Assembly: GCA_964490325.1 (NCBI GenBank)
Contig: CAZBBX010000005.1
Location: forward strand, 20,121-84,120
Origin: an uncultured Oscillospiraceae bacterium
Lineage (GTDB): Bacteria > Bacillota > Clostridia > Christensenellales > CAG-138
Length of the DNA: 64,000 nucleotides
Direction: 5' to 3'
In this document: positions 28,870 through 38,715 of the stretch, in pieces
Layout: each line of letters starts with the position of its first letter
Position numbering within the stretch: the first letter of the stretch is position 1
The notes under the pieces: model-generated
Seen by the model: only the letters and a program-made list of their open reading frames with translations
Told to the model about the DNA's origin: nothing
Database searches by the model: none
Made by a program: the position numbers and the translations under genes

Positions 28870-30074
28870 AACGCCTGTCCTGCCTGTTCTTGGCGGGGAC
28901 GCTGCTTTGCGGCCTCCTCTCCGCCTGTACAAGACCCGTGAGCAACGGGGAGCTGCCTGCAAACGCCGACACGACCGCGCCTGCCGCCATCTCGGTGGAG
29001 CTTGGCACGCCCACGCCAACGCCAACGCCCTCACCTTCGCCCACGCCCACGGAGATCCCCTCCGTCACGGTGGACGGCGCTTCGATACGGGCGGATGCTG
29101 TCGAGCTTAACGTAAAGAGCCTTGCCGCATTGGAGCAGCTGGATGCCTTTCCCCTGCTGGAAAGAGTGGACGCAAGCGCCGTCCTTGTGGATCTTGCCAC
29201 GATGCAGCGCCTTGCGGAGCGCTATCCAAGCATCGAGTTTTCGTTCCAATTTACCTATCGGGAGCTGACCCTTTCCTCCACGGACACGGAGCTTGACCTG
29301 AACAACATCCCCTTGGACGGGACGAAGGAGATCTTGGACATCCTGCCGTTTTTGAACAAGCTGGAAAAGTGCTTCATGATCGGCTGCGGCCTGACCAACG
29401 AGCAGATGGACGAGCTTTTGGCGGCTCGACCCGATGTGAAGTTCGTGTGGGAGATCCAAATGGGCGACCATGTGCTGCGCACGGATGTGGTGGGCTTTTC
29501 CACCAAGAATCCAAGCAAGTACTACAACGAGTCCTCCTCCGCCGACTATATCGAAAAGGTCAAAAAGACCCGCCGCCTGTACGACGAGGACATTGCGGTG
29601 CTCAAGTACTGCACCGACCTTGTCGCCTTGGATCTTGGACACAACTACATCACCGACCTGAGCGTGCTTGCCTGCCTGCCCAAGCTGCAGATCCTCATTC
29701 TGGCGGACAACAAGTTGACGGACATCTCCGTGCTCAAGGAGCTGCCCGACCTTGTGTATGTGGAGATCTTCATGAACGCCATCACCGACCTGAGTCCCTT
29801 GGCGGGGCATGACAAGCTGCTCGATCTGAACTTTTGCAACAACGATGTATTGGATCTTAGCGTGCTGTACACGCTGCCGCAGCTGGAACGCGTGTGGTGC
29901 GCAGGCAACGCGTTCAGCCGTGCCGACGGCGCTGCGCTGCAGGCGGCTCTGCCCGACTGCAAGGTCAACTACACCGCAAGGGACGACACCGCCGACGGCT
30001 GGCGCGAGCACGAACGCTATCAATGGGTCTTGGGCTACATGAAGCGGGACAACAACCCCTACAATCCAAGCTGA
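28866..30074 (+). CDS. Leucine-rich-repeat lipoprotein
   Basis: The ATG at 28866 follows AGGAGG and overlaps the upstream stop (ATGA). The lipobox is LLCGLLSAC, followed by a PTPTPTPSPSPTPT linker. The LRRs read LDLGHNYITDLSVLACLPKLQILILADNKLTDISVLKELPDLVYVEIFMNAITDLSPL. Confidence 0.75.
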   Translation: MKRLSCLFLAGTLLCGLLSACTRPVSNGELPANADTTAPAAISVELGTPTPTPTPSPSPTPTEIPSVTVDGASIRADAVELNVKSLAALEQLDAFPLLERVDASAVLVDLATMQRLAERYPSIEFSFQFTYRELTLSSTDTELDLNNIPLDGTKEILDILPFLNKLEKCFMIGCGLTNEQMDELLAARPDVKFVWEIQMGDHVLRTDVVGFSTKNPSKYYNESSSADYIEKVKKTRRLYDEDIAVLKYCTDLVALDLGHNYITDLSVLACLPKLQILILADNKLTDISVLKELPDLVYVEIFMNAITDLSPLAGHDKLLDLNFCNNDVLDLSVLYTLPQLERVWCAGNAFSRADGAALQAALPDCKVNYTARDDTADGWREHERYQWVLGYMKRDNNPYNPS

Positions 30075-30087
30075 TAAGTATTGCTTA

Positions 30088-30131
30088 CAAAAAACGGGAT
30101 CCAAGGCCTGCGCTTCGGATCCTGCTTTTTA
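30088..30131. terminator. Bidirectional terminator between convergent genes
   Basis: ACAAAAAAC-GGGATCC...GGATCC-TGCTTTTTA. The GC hairpin is flanked by an A-tract and a T-tract. Confidence 0.55.
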
Positions 30132-30152
30132 TATGAGAAATGGATGGGGCTG

Positions 30153-31769
30153 CTATTCTGCGCCGCAGCCGCTTTTGTACAGCGCCATCACCGCTTCCGC
30201 AGCCTTTATGCCGTCCACGGAGGCGCTGACGATGCCGCCCGCGTACCCCGCGCCCTCGCCCACGGGATACAGCCCCGCGTGGGAGACGGAGCACATGTTT
30301 TCCCCGCGTGTGATGCGCAGCGGCGAACTGGTGCGGCTCTCCACGGCGGTCAGCACCGCGTCCGGCAGGCAATAGCCGTGAAGCTGCTGTTCAAACTGCA
30401 AAAAGCCCTCGCGCAAGGCGTCGCTGAGAAAGTCGGGCAGGCAGCGGGACAGGCGCACAGGCGTCACCCCGGGGCGGAAGCTCGGCTCCACGCTCCCAAA
30501 GTGCGTGCAGCAGCGGTCGAGCATGAAATCCTCCAAGCGGCTTGCGGGGGCGGAGCCGTCCGAGCCGCCCAAAAGGAAGGCGTCGCGCTCCAGCTTTTCC
30601 ATGAAGCGCAGACCGTCCAGCGGCTCGCTGCCAAAGTCCTCGGGGCTGACCTGTGCAACGATGGCGGCATTTGCGTTTTCCTCGTCACGGGCATAGTAGC
30701 TCATGCCGTTGGTAACGATCTGCCCCGCCTCGGTCGCCGCGCAGATGACGCGCCCACCCGGGCACATGCAAAATGAGTACACGCTGCGCTCTCCCGACCG
30801 TCCCAGCAGGCGATAGTCCGCAGCGCCCAAGCGCGGATGTCCCGCATAGGGGCCGTACTGCGCGTCATCGATGAGACCCTGCGGGTGCTCGGCGCGCACG
30901 CCCACGGCAAAGGGCTTGGCAGCCATGGCTACGCCCTTGTCAAAGAGCATGCGGTAGGTGTCCCGCGCCGCCTGCCCGATGCACAGCAGCAGCGCCGCGC
31001 AGGGCACAGGCTCCTCCCGTCCGCCCTTTTCCAAGGTGACGGAGGATATGGCGCCGTTCTTGACGGCAAGGCTTTTGAGCTTGGTGGCAAAGCGCACCTC
31101 GCCGCCCAAGCGTTCGATCTTGCGGCGCAGGGTCTGCACGATATCCCGCAGCATATCCGTTCCGATATGCGGCTTTGCCAAAAAGGCGATCTCCTCGGGC
31201 GCTCCCGCCTCGATAAACTCGTCAAAAACGCGATGGATGCGGGGATCCTTGTTGTTGCGGCAGGTCAGCTTGCCGTCGGAAAAGGTTCCCGCGCCCCCCT
31301 CGCCGAAGGCAACGTTGCTTTCGCGCTTGGGCGCTTCGCCCTCCCAGCAGTCCTCCACATCCCGCGTACGCTCGGGGACGGGCAGACCGCGCTCCACGAC
31401 CAAGGGGCTGTAGCCCTCCCTTGCAAGCTGCAGCGCCGCAAACAGACCCGACGGCCCAAGACCCACCACGATGATGCGTCCCTTGGGCTTCGCCTTGCCG
31501 TGTATGGGCGGCGGGGGCAGCGGATCCTCCCAAAGCTTGGCGCCAAGCGTGGGTCGGCTGAGCAGATGCCGCGCCGTTCCCTCGTCCACCGTCAAGACGA
31601 GATGATCCAAAAAGCAGACCCGCGACTTTCGTCTTGCGTCTATGGCGCGATGTACGATCAGTATGGCTTGAATAGCGATGGGATCCAAAGCCAACTGCTG
31701 CGCCGTTGCATAGCGCAGATCGCGGCAGTCGGGATTCTCTCGGATGTTTGGAATAAAGATCTGTGGCAT
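30153..31769 (-). CDS. FAD-dependent oxidoreductase (COG2509-like)
   Basis: The dinucleotide-binding motif is IIVVGLGPSGLFAALQLAREG, and the C-terminus has GLYPVGEGAGYAGGIVSA. The start is uncertain: I chose the ATG at 31769 (MPQIFIPNIREN...), although its RBS is poor and the track start is 31898. Confidence 0.65.
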   Translation of the reverse strand: MPQIFIPNIRENPDCRDLRYATAQQLALDPIAIQAILIVHRAIDARRKSRVCFLDHLVLTVDEGTARHLLSRPTLGAKLWEDPLPPPPIHGKAKPKGRIIVVGLGPSGLFAALQLAREGYSPLVVERGLPVPERTRDVEDCWEGEAPKRESNVAFGEGGAGTFSDGKLTCRNNKDPRIHRVFDEFIEAGAPEEIAFLAKPHIGTDMLRDIVQTLRRKIERLGGEVRFATKLKSLAVKNGAISSVTLEKGGREEPVPCAALLLCIGQAARDTYRMLFDKGVAMAAKPFAVGVRAEHPQGLIDDAQYGPYAGHPRLGAADYRLLGRSGERSVYSFCMCPGGRVICAATEAGQIVTNGMSYYARDEENANAAIVAQVSPEDFGSEPLDGLRFMEKLERDAFLLGGSDGSAPASRLEDFMLDRCCTHFGSVEPSFRPGVTPVRLSRCLPDFLSDALREGFLQFEQQLHGYCLPDAVLTAVESRTSSPLRITRGENMCSVSHAGLYPVGEGAGYAGGIVSASVDGIKAAEAVMALYKSGCGAE

Positions 31770-31931
31770 AGAAGGCAAGGAAGGATCGCCTTTCCCGCTA
31801 AAAGGCGAGCCTATGAAAAAAGAGGTTAAAGGGTTCCTTGTTTGAAACGAAGAAAGCGGTCGGCGGGTCGACGAAAGCTGCTTTCTTCGCTCAAGCACGG
31901 GATACGTTTCGCGCCGCAGCGAGGCGCGGTT

Positions 31932-33206
31932 TTAGGATACGTTGTTGCGCAGGGTCACGCTCACGCTCGTGGGCGGATCGACAAGGCGGTACTCCTTTGC
32001 CCAATTCGTGCTGAGGGTCAGCGCGCAGTCGTAGACGCCCACGCTGTGCAGCTCACTAAGGTCGACCACAGCCTTCCAATCCTCAACAGCCATGTCCTCC
32101 AACGCAAGGACGGTGCCGTGCACGCGGATCTCCACGGTGACTTCCACGGGGGCAAGCCCTCTTGGGATGCTTTCAAAGCTCACGGGCAGGGTCAGCGTCA
32201 GGTCGGTCTCCTTCTCCTCAACGGTGAAGGTCGCACGCGTGGTGGAGCTGTAGTTGCTGCTGAGGGTCACGCCGTCGGGCAGCTGCAGCTTGCCGTCCAA
32301 ATACTGTCCGTTCATGTCCTGCGTGACCACCATCGGCTCCAGATACACGCAGTCCACAGCGGCAAGCGTGGACGCCTCGTCCGCAAGCAGCACGACCTCG
32401 TCCTGCGAGAACACGCAGCTGGTGTCGTAATAGGTCGCATCGGGCAGCACGGTATCCGAGGAAAGCTCCACGGGCACGCGCTTGGTGGCGGAAATGTCCA
32501 GCGAGATGAGCGCGCTTGGCGCCGTCCCGCTGCGGGTCTGCACATCGATGAGCTTGCCGTCCGTGTCGTAGAAGCTCAGCTCCACGGCGCTGTAGTAGTC
32601 GCTCGTGAGCGCGCTTTGATCCACGGTCGCCACGGCATAGGAGATAGGCGCAAGATAGCGCGCCGCTCCCTCTACCGACACGGTGGAGGAGTAGCTGCGC
32701 TTGGTGATGACATAGCCCTCCGGCAGCTCTCCCGTGGTGTTGAGCCGAAGCGGAATGGAACGCGTGAGCAGATTGTCCACGGTGACGGTGACGGTCTCGG
32801 GCGTGATGCTCGACACGCTGCCTAGGTTGGACAGGACGTTCGCGTCCAGATACAGGGGGTAGGTCCCCGCCTCGGTAACCGTGGCAAGGCTTGCCGTGCA
32901 GGTGATGCGGTCGGCGTTCAGCTCGGTGAACTTGGTGATCTCCGTGCTGACCACGACGCTTGCCGTGCCCAGCTCGGTGTCCACCACGATGAGGTTGCGG
33001 GCCTGCAGGTCGCTGCTGCCCTCCAAGGCGATCTGTACGCCGCCGATGGTCTTGTTGCGTACGGGATTTTGATACACCAGTACAAAGCCCCACAGCAGCA
33101 CGGAGAGGATGAGCACGATCAGCTTGGTCAGCAGATCGGTGGTGAAAAACTTGACGATAGCGCTGCCTACGGAACGAAGGAACTTCTTTTCTTTCTTTTT
33201 GTTCAT
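31932..33206 (-). CDS. cdaR: YbbR-domain protein, CdaA regulator
   Basis: An N-terminal TM helix is followed by repeated beta-rich YbbR-like modules. The start overlaps the cdaA stop (ATGA), which is the conserved cdaA-cdaR arrangement. Confidence 0.8.
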   Translation of the reverse strand: MNKKKEKKFLRSVGSAIVKFFTTDLLTKLIVLILSVLLWGFVLVYQNPVRNKTIGGVQIALEGSSDLQARNLIVVDTELGTASVVVSTEITKFTELNADRITCTASLATVTEAGTYPLYLDANVLSNLGSVSSITPETVTVTVDNLLTRSIPLRLNTTGELPEGYVITKRSYSSTVSVEGAARYLAPISYAVATVDQSALTSDYYSAVELSFYDTDGKLIDVQTRSGTAPSALISLDISATKRVPVELSSDTVLPDATYYDTSCVFSQDEVVLLADEASTLAAVDCVYLEPMVVTQDMNGQYLDGKLQLPDGVTLSSNYSSTTRATFTVEEKETDLTLTLPVSFESIPRGLAPVEVTVEIRVHGTVLALEDMAVEDWKAVVDLSELHSVGVYDCALTLSTNWAKEYRLVDPPTSVSVTLRNNVS

Positions 33207-34036
33207 GCCTTCTTCCCCCGTTTCCGCCCTCGGCCGCCCAAGCCCTGCTTGGTAAAGACGCCCTCCAGCAAATTGTTCAAGGCGCGCTCGTCCAGCCAGC
33301 GCACCAGCTTGCCGTCCCTTGCCATGGAGATGGCACCGGATTCCTCGCTGACCACGATGACCACGCAGTCCGCAACAGCGGAAACGCCCAACGCCGCACG
33401 GTGCCGCGTTCCCAGTTCGCGGGAGACGTCGTAGTCGTCGGAGATGGGCAGCAGGCAGCTTGCCGCAATGATGTTGTCGTCGTGGATGACGACCGCGCCG
33501 TCATGCAGCGGCGTGTTCGGCTCAAAGATATTTTCGATAAGGGCGCCGCTGAGCAGGCCGTCGATGCGCACGCCTGTACTGATGATGTCCGCAAGCCCCG
33601 TGGTCTGCTCGAACACCAGCAGGGCGCCCACGCGCCGCTTGCTCAGGCGCAGCAGCGTACGGGTCAGATCCCGCACCAGCTCCTCGCGCTCGGATTCGCT
33701 GGCAAGCGAACGCAGGCGCGGACCGCTGCGGCCGATGCGCTCCAGTACGCGGCGGATCTCGGGCTGAAAGAGGATGAACAGGATGATGAAGATGGAGCCG
33801 GAGGTGAGGATGGAGCCAAGCACCCACGAGATGGTGTTCAGCTGCAGCCACTCGCTTGCGACCAGACACACGAACAGGAACGCGATGCCCTTGAGTACGC
33901 CGTAGGCACGCGTTTCCTTCGTCCAAGTGATCAGACGATACATCAATATGAAGATCACCAGGATGTCCGCCACGTCGTTCAGGCCAAAATTCGAAAAGCC
34001 CGAGAACAGGGTGGAGATCACTTCCGTCAAGCCCAC
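33203..34036 (-). CDS. cdaA: Diadenylate cyclase (c-di-AMP synthase)
   Basis: Three N-terminal TM helices are followed by DAC-domain motifs: GALLVFE, TPLHDGAVVI and GTRHRAALG. The start is GTG, 8 nt after GGGAGG. Confidence 0.9.
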   Translation of the reverse strand: MGLTEVISTLFSGFSNFGLNDVADILVIFILMYRLITWTKETRAYGVLKGIAFLFVCLVASEWLQLNTISWVLGSILTSGSIFIILFILFQPEIRRVLERIGRSGPRLRSLASESEREELVRDLTRTLLRLSKRRVGALLVFEQTTGLADIISTGVRIDGLLSGALIENIFEPNTPLHDGAVVIHDDNIIAASCLLPISDDYDVSRELGTRHRAALGVSAVADCVVIVVSEESGAISMARDGKLVRWLDERALNNLLEGVFTKQGLGGRGRKRGKKA

Positions 34037-34158
34037 AGCATCAGCCTCCCATGCGGACGGGTCGCTCCGTCCGAAAGCACCTAATATATAGTATAACCCG
34101 ATTGCGACCGAATTGTCACGCGTTTATGACAAAATCGCGGTAAGAATTTTTGAAACTT

Positions 34159-35757
34159 TTAGTGAAGCGCCATGCGCAGCCGTTCGGCGTTTGCTTTCAT
34201 ATACAACCACAGCCATACGCTTGCCGCAAGGAGCAGCGCAGCAGCCAGCCACAGCCCCGCCATACCCAGTAATACGGGCAAACCGGCGCTGACGACCGTA
34301 GCGCCGAGGGACGCCAGCATCGCCAGCAGCACGGGCGACCCCTGCTTGATGCACTCCGCCTCGCTGTCCCAGTCGAAGCGGGGATGCTTGAGGTTCGACC
34401 ACAGACCGATCAACGCCGTAAACAGCGCGATGCTCATCGGATAGAGGAACAGCAGCACGGCGTTTAAGACTCCCGTTTGAAAGCGGAAGCCCAGCCCCAC
34501 CGCTAAAAGAACGGCGGCAACGAGTGGGATGGTCAGGCTCACCAAAAGCTTGGCGCGCAGCCAGTCCGCCGCCGAAAAGGGCAGGGTCTTGGACAGCCAC
34601 AGCGTCTTGCCCTCCAAGGAGACGGACGCTGTCGTGGTGGGCGCCATGCCCACAAAGAAGCCCGCCGCCACCGCAAAGAGCAGCACAACGGAGCCGCCCA
34701 TAAGCTGCGCCGTGCCATTGAGCGTTTCAAGCGTCGCGTCCGACGCAAAGAAGCACAGGTAGCCGCCGCCAAGGATGGCAAGGACAGGACCTATCGCCGT
34801 GTTCATCAAGTAGAGGGAGCTGGACGTGTACCGCGCCCACTCCTTTTTGAACAGCGCCCGCCCGATGCCGCTCTGTCGCTGCGCCTTGATGCGGTAGCCC
34901 TTCACATGTCCCCGTGCGCTCACAAAGCCGCAGAGCTTGTTGAACAGCGCGCAAAGGAGCAGCGCAAAGAGGGAGATGGCGACAAGGTTTACAAGCACGA
35001 ACAAAAGGATGGAGAGCAGGTCGCCGCCAAGCGCCTCGGTAAACAGGAGCGCGGGAGGATACAGGCTCGCAAGCCGCGCCGAGATCCCCTCTGCAAACGC
35101 CGCGGCCATGCCGCTGTCCACAAGGGAACTCGCGTTGAACGAGAGCAGCATCACGCCCACGACGAGCGCGGTCTGCACGATGGTCTCCAAGAGCGTGCGG
35201 AACTTGAAGCGCGCCAGCGCCGCCGCAAGCGCCGTGCCGATCAGGCCGCCAACGGCTGCGGGCAGCAGGGGTGCAAGCACGGACAAGACAAGGTACAGCG
35301 GCCAGTACCACCACGCGGCGGAGACATACAATCCGTAGATGATCCCCGCAGGCAGCAGCAGCGTCAGCGTGACATACCACTCGAACACCAAAAAGCTCAA
35401 AAGACGGGAGAGCGCCACCGTGCGCGTGGGCAGGGGCAGGCTCATCACCATGTCGTGATCGCCAAAGCGGTACAGCACGCTTGAGGCGCGCATCATACAG
35501 CTGAAAAAGCCCATCACGCAGGCGGCGCAGAGCATCAAGGCGGGCATCAGCTCGGGCTTTCCCAGCCTGCCGAACGCCTCCTCAAGCAGGACGCCGTAGC
35601 ACACGGACATATACACCAGCGCGACCGCTAACACGATCAGGGTGGTGTTGGCGCTGCGTGCGCGCTTGCGCTCCTTTTCGTCTCGGGCGCAGCGGATGCG
35701 GTCGACGCCGAACAGGCTGACGAGCTGCAGGCGGGTCAGAGCAAAGAGCTGTTTCAT
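34159..35757 (-). CDS. Multi-pass membrane permease partner of the ABC ATPase (putative ABC exporter permease)
   Basis: The ATG at 35757 overlaps the ATPase stop (ATGA). The product is about 532 aa with 12 or more hydrophobic helices. I recognised no specific family signature. Confidence 0.55.
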   Translation of the reverse strand: MKQLFALTRLQLVSLFGVDRIRCARDEKERKRARSANTTLIVLAVALVYMSVCYGVLLEEAFGRLGKPELMPALMLCAACVMGFFSCMMRASSVLYRFGDHDMVMSLPLPTRTVALSRLLSFLVFEWYVTLTLLLPAGIIYGLYVSAAWWYWPLYLVLSVLAPLLPAAVGGLIGTALAAALARFKFRTLLETIVQTALVVGVMLLSFNASSLVDSGMAAAFAEGISARLASLYPPALLFTEALGGDLLSILLFVLVNLVAISLFALLLCALFNKLCGFVSARGHVKGYRIKAQRQSGIGRALFKKEWARYTSSSLYLMNTAIGPVLAILGGGYLCFFASDATLETLNGTAQLMGGSVVLLFAVAAGFFVGMAPTTTASVSLEGKTLWLSKTLPFSAADWLRAKLLVSLTIPLVAAVLLAVGLGFRFQTGVLNAVLLFLYPMSIALFTALIGLWSNLKHPRFDWDSEAECIKQGSPVLLAMLASLGATVVSAGLPVLLGMAGLWLAAALLLAASVWLWLYMKANAERLRMALH

Positions 35758-36464
35758 TCCGTCAACTCCAAGAACACATCCTCCAAGGAGCTGTCGCCGC
35801 GCACCGCGTCCATGCTGCCGCAGGCGATCAGCCTGCCGCTTTTGATGATGGCGACCTTGTTGCACAGCTTCTCCGCCACCTCCAGTACATGCGTGGAAAA
35901 GAAGATTGCCGCGCCCCCCTCCGTCAGCTCGTGCATGAGCTGCTTTAGCGTGTGAGACGCCTTGGGATCCAGTCCCACGAAGGGTTCGTCCAGCAAAAGC
36001 AGCTTGGGTTCGCTCAAAAGCGCGCCGATGAGGGCGATCTTTTGCCGCATCCCGTGGGAGCAGGAGCCGATCAGGTCGCCCAAGCGGTCGTCGATCTCAA
36101 ACAGCTCGGCGTACTTCTTGACCCGTTCGTTGCGGGTAGCCTCGTCCACGCCGTACACATCCGCAAGAAAGTTGAGGTAGCGTATACCGCTCAGATGCTC
36201 GTACAGGTCGGGATTGTCGGGGATGTAGCGCAAGAGCCTCTTGCAGAGCAGCGCCTCCGTCCGAACGGAATGACCGTCAACGAGGATCTCCCCCTCGTGA
36301 AAGTCGCATACGCCCGCGACACAGCGCAGGGTGGTCGTCTTGCCCGCCCCGTTGTGGCCGATAAAGCCGAAGATGTCTCCCGCCTCGACGGTCAGGCTCA
36401 GCTGATCCACCGCGACAAGATCGCCAAAGCGCTTGGTCAGGCCTTGGATCTCAAGCATGTTCAC
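35754..36464 (-). CDS. ABC transporter ATP-binding protein
   Basis: Walker A is GHNGAGKTT, the signature region is CSHGMRQKIALIGAL, and Walker B is LLLLDEP. The GTG at 36464 lies 7 nt after GGAGG and overlaps the yhbY stop (GTGA). An alternative ATG is at 36458. Confidence 0.85.
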   Translation of the reverse strand: MNMLEIQGLTKRFGDLVAVDQLSLTVEAGDIFGFIGHNGAGKTTTLRCVAGVCDFHEGEILVDGHSVRTEALLCKRLLRYIPDNPDLYEHLSGIRYLNFLADVYGVDEATRNERVKKYAELFEIDDRLGDLIGSCSHGMRQKIALIGALLSEPKLLLLDEPFVGLDPKASHTLKQLMHELTEGGAAIFFSTHVLEVAEKLCNKVAIIKSGRLIACGSMDAVRGDSSLEDVFLELTE

Positions 36465-36742
36465 GCGTTCTCCTCCTTGTCGGGCGCCTTGCGCCACAGC
36501 ACAAATTTACGTCCGATGCAGGTGATGACCTCCGAGCCTGTCGCCTCCGACAGCGCCTGCGCCGCTTCCTTGGCGGAAAGCTCGCAGCTTTCCAGGACGC
36601 TCAGCTTGATAAGCTCGCGCTTGTCCAGCGCCTGTCCCACGGACTCCGTGAGCGCGTCGCTCACGCCCTCCTTGCCGATCTGAAAGATCGCGTTCAAAGT
36701 GTTGGCCTGCTTCCTGTAGGCCGCTCGTTCCTTTCCGTTCAT
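36461..36742 (-). CDS. yhbY: CRM-domain RNA-binding protein YhbY (ribosome assembly)
   Basis: The 93-aa ORF reads LRKQANTLNAIFQIGKEGVSDALTESVGQALDKRELIKLSVLE...EVITCIGRKFVLWR, the YhbY/CRS1 pattern. It lies directly downstream of obg. Confidence 0.8.
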   Translation of the reverse strand: MNGKERAAYRKQANTLNAIFQIGKEGVSDALTESVGQALDKRELIKLSVLESCELSAKEAAQALSEATGSEVITCIGRKFVLWRKAPDKEENA

Positions 36743-36763
36743 GCCATCCTCCCAAGTTTTCGA

Positions 36764-38035
36764 TCAGTCGATAAAGTCAAATTCCCACTCGCCCAAGCGA
36801 ATGATGCTGCCCTCGCCCGCGCCCATCTCGCGCAGCGCGGAGATGACGCCGCTCTTGACAAGGGTCTGCTGAAAACGGCGCATGGACACATCGTCGTCGG
36901 GATCGGTGCTGTCCAGCAGGCGCTCGATGTCGCCGCCCTCCACCACGAAAGCGCCGTCGTCGGCGCGGCTGACGGTAAAGCCCTTTTCATACTGCGGCTC
37001 CATGCCAAGCTCCGCCTCGTCATAGGTCAGCACGGGCGGCAGCTTGTTGAGCAGCTCGACCACGCGATCCAGCAGGGGGCCAAAGCCCTCCGTCGTCGCC
37101 GCCGACACGGGAAACACCTCCACGCCCTCCTTTTCCAACGCCGCCGTCAGACGCGGCAGCTGCTCCGCCGCCTCCGTAAGGTCGCACTTGTTGGCCGCCA
37201 CCAGCTGCGGCAGCGCCGCCAGCTGCGGGGAGAAGCGCGCCAGCTCCTCGTTGATCTTGCGATAGTCGTCCAAGGGGTCGCGCCCCTCGCTGCCCGACGC
37301 GTCCAGCACATGCACAAGGATGCGCGTGCGCTCGATGTGGCGCAAAAAGTCGTGTCCCAGACCCGCGCCCTCCGCCGCGCCCTCGATCAGCCCCGGCAGA
37401 TCCGCCAGTACGAAGCTGCGGCCGTGCCGCTCCGCAACGCCCAAATTGGGGATCAGGGTGGTAAAGTGATAGGCCGCGATCTTGGGCTTTGCCGCCGTCA
37501 AAACGGACAGGATGGTGGACTTGCCCACGGAGGGCATACCGATCAGACCCACGTCCGCTATGGTCTTCAGCTCCAGCTCCACGGCGCGTTCCGCCGTCCT
37601 TTGCCCGCTCTGCCCAAAGCGCGGCGCTTGCTTGGTGGGCGTGGCAAAGCGGGCGTTGCCCTTGCCGCCGCGTCCGCCGTGCAGCACGAGGCGGCGCTTG
37701 CCCGCCTCCGACAGATCCGCCGCGACCACGCCTGTTTCCACATCCCTTACGATCGTTCCCACGGGCACGGGGATGACCAGCAGCTCGCCGTCGCGTCCGC
37801 TCTGCATCTCGGCGCGGCCGTTCTCGCCGTTTTGCGCGCGAAAATGCTGCTCGAAGCGGAAGCCGTACAGCGTGGAAAGACGCGGGTCGGCCTCAAACAC
37901 GATATCCCCGCCGCGTCCGCCGTCGCCGCCCGAAGGACCGCCCTTCTGCACGAATTTTTCCCGATGGAAGGCAGAGCAGCCGTCGCCGCCGTTGCCCGAC
38001 TTGATGTATATGCGTATCTTATCCACAAAAGGCAT
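36764..38035 (-). CDS. obg: GTPase Obg/CgtA
   Basis: MPFVDKIRIYIKSGNGGDGCSAFHREKF..GGPSGGDGGRGGDIVF is the Obg fold. G1 is GMPSVGKST and the G4-like motif is NKCD. A C-terminal OCT/TGS-like extension is present. Confidence 0.95.
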   Translation of the reverse strand: MPFVDKIRIYIKSGNGGDGCSAFHREKFVQKGGPSGGDGGRGGDIVFEADPRLSTLYGFRFEQHFRAQNGENGRAEMQSGRDGELLVIPVPVGTIVRDVETGVVAADLSEAGKRRLVLHGGRGGKGNARFATPTKQAPRFGQSGQRTAERAVELELKTIADVGLIGMPSVGKSTILSVLTAAKPKIAAYHFTTLIPNLGVAERHGRSFVLADLPGLIEGAAEGAGLGHDFLRHIERTRILVHVLDASGSEGRDPLDDYRKINEELARFSPQLAALPQLVAANKCDLTEAAEQLPRLTAALEKEGVEVFPVSAATTEGFGPLLDRVVELLNKLPPVLTYDEAELGMEPQYEKGFTVSRADDGAFVVEGGDIERLLDSTDPDDDVSMRRFQQTLVKSGVISALREMGAGEGSIIRLGEWEFDFID

Positions 38036-38050
38036 ACAAATTTTCCTTTC

Positions 38051-38707
38051 CTATACCGCCCGCTCGGGGGGCGAAAGCTCCGCCTGTCGCTTTTGGCACA
38101 GCGCCGCAAGCGGACAGGTCACACAGTTGGGGCGCTGCGCCGCACAGCAGCGCCGTCCGTGAAAGATGAGATAGTGGTGCGCAAGGCTCCACTGCTCCTT
38201 GGGGATGTTCTCCATGAGCTGCTTTTCCGTCTCCTCCACCGTCTTGGCCTCGGCAAGACCGATGCGGTTCGCCACGCGGAACACATGGGTGTCCACCGCG
38301 ATGGCGGGGATGCCAAAGGCGTTGGACACGACCACGTTGGCGGTCTTGCGCCCCACGCCCGGCAGCTGCATCAGCGTGTCGCGGTCGGCGGGCACCTCGC
38401 CCCCGTAACGGGTGACAAGGATGGCGCTCAGCTCGACAAGATGCCGCCCCTTGGTGCGAAAGAAGCCGCAGCTGTGAATGTAGGGCGTCAGCCCCTCCTC
38501 GCCCAGCGCCGCGATGGCCGCGGGGGTGTTTGCAACGGCAAAAAGCTTTTCGGTGCATTTGTTCACCTGCTTATCGGTGCATTGCGCCGACAGCACCGTT
38601 GCCACCAGCAGCTCAAAGGGGGAGGAAAAGCTCAGCTCCGGCTTGGCGTCGGGATACGCCGCCGCCAGCAGACCGAGCGCCTTTGCGTAGTCCTCTTTTG
38701 TCAGCAT
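38051..38707 (-). CDS. nth: Endonuclease III (DNA-(apurinic/apyrimidinic site) lyase)
   Basis: I trimmed the ORF to the ATG at 38707 (MLTKEDYAKAL...). LVATVLSAQCTDKQVN and the HhH-GPD motif LPGVGRKTANVV are present, as is the Fe-S cluster C..RRCCAAQRPNCVTCPL..LC. Confidence 0.9.
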   Translation of the reverse strand: MLTKEDYAKALGLLAAAYPDAKPELSFSSPFELLVATVLSAQCTDKQVNKCTEKLFAVANTPAAIAALGEEGLTPYIHSCGFFRTKGRHLVELSAILVTRYGGEVPADRDTLMQLPGVGRKTANVVVSNAFGIPAIAVDTHVFRVANRIGLAEAKTVEETEKQLMENIPKEQWSLAHHYLIFHGRRCCAAQRPNCVTCPLAALCQKRQAELSPPERAV

Positions 38708-38715
38708 GGCGACGC

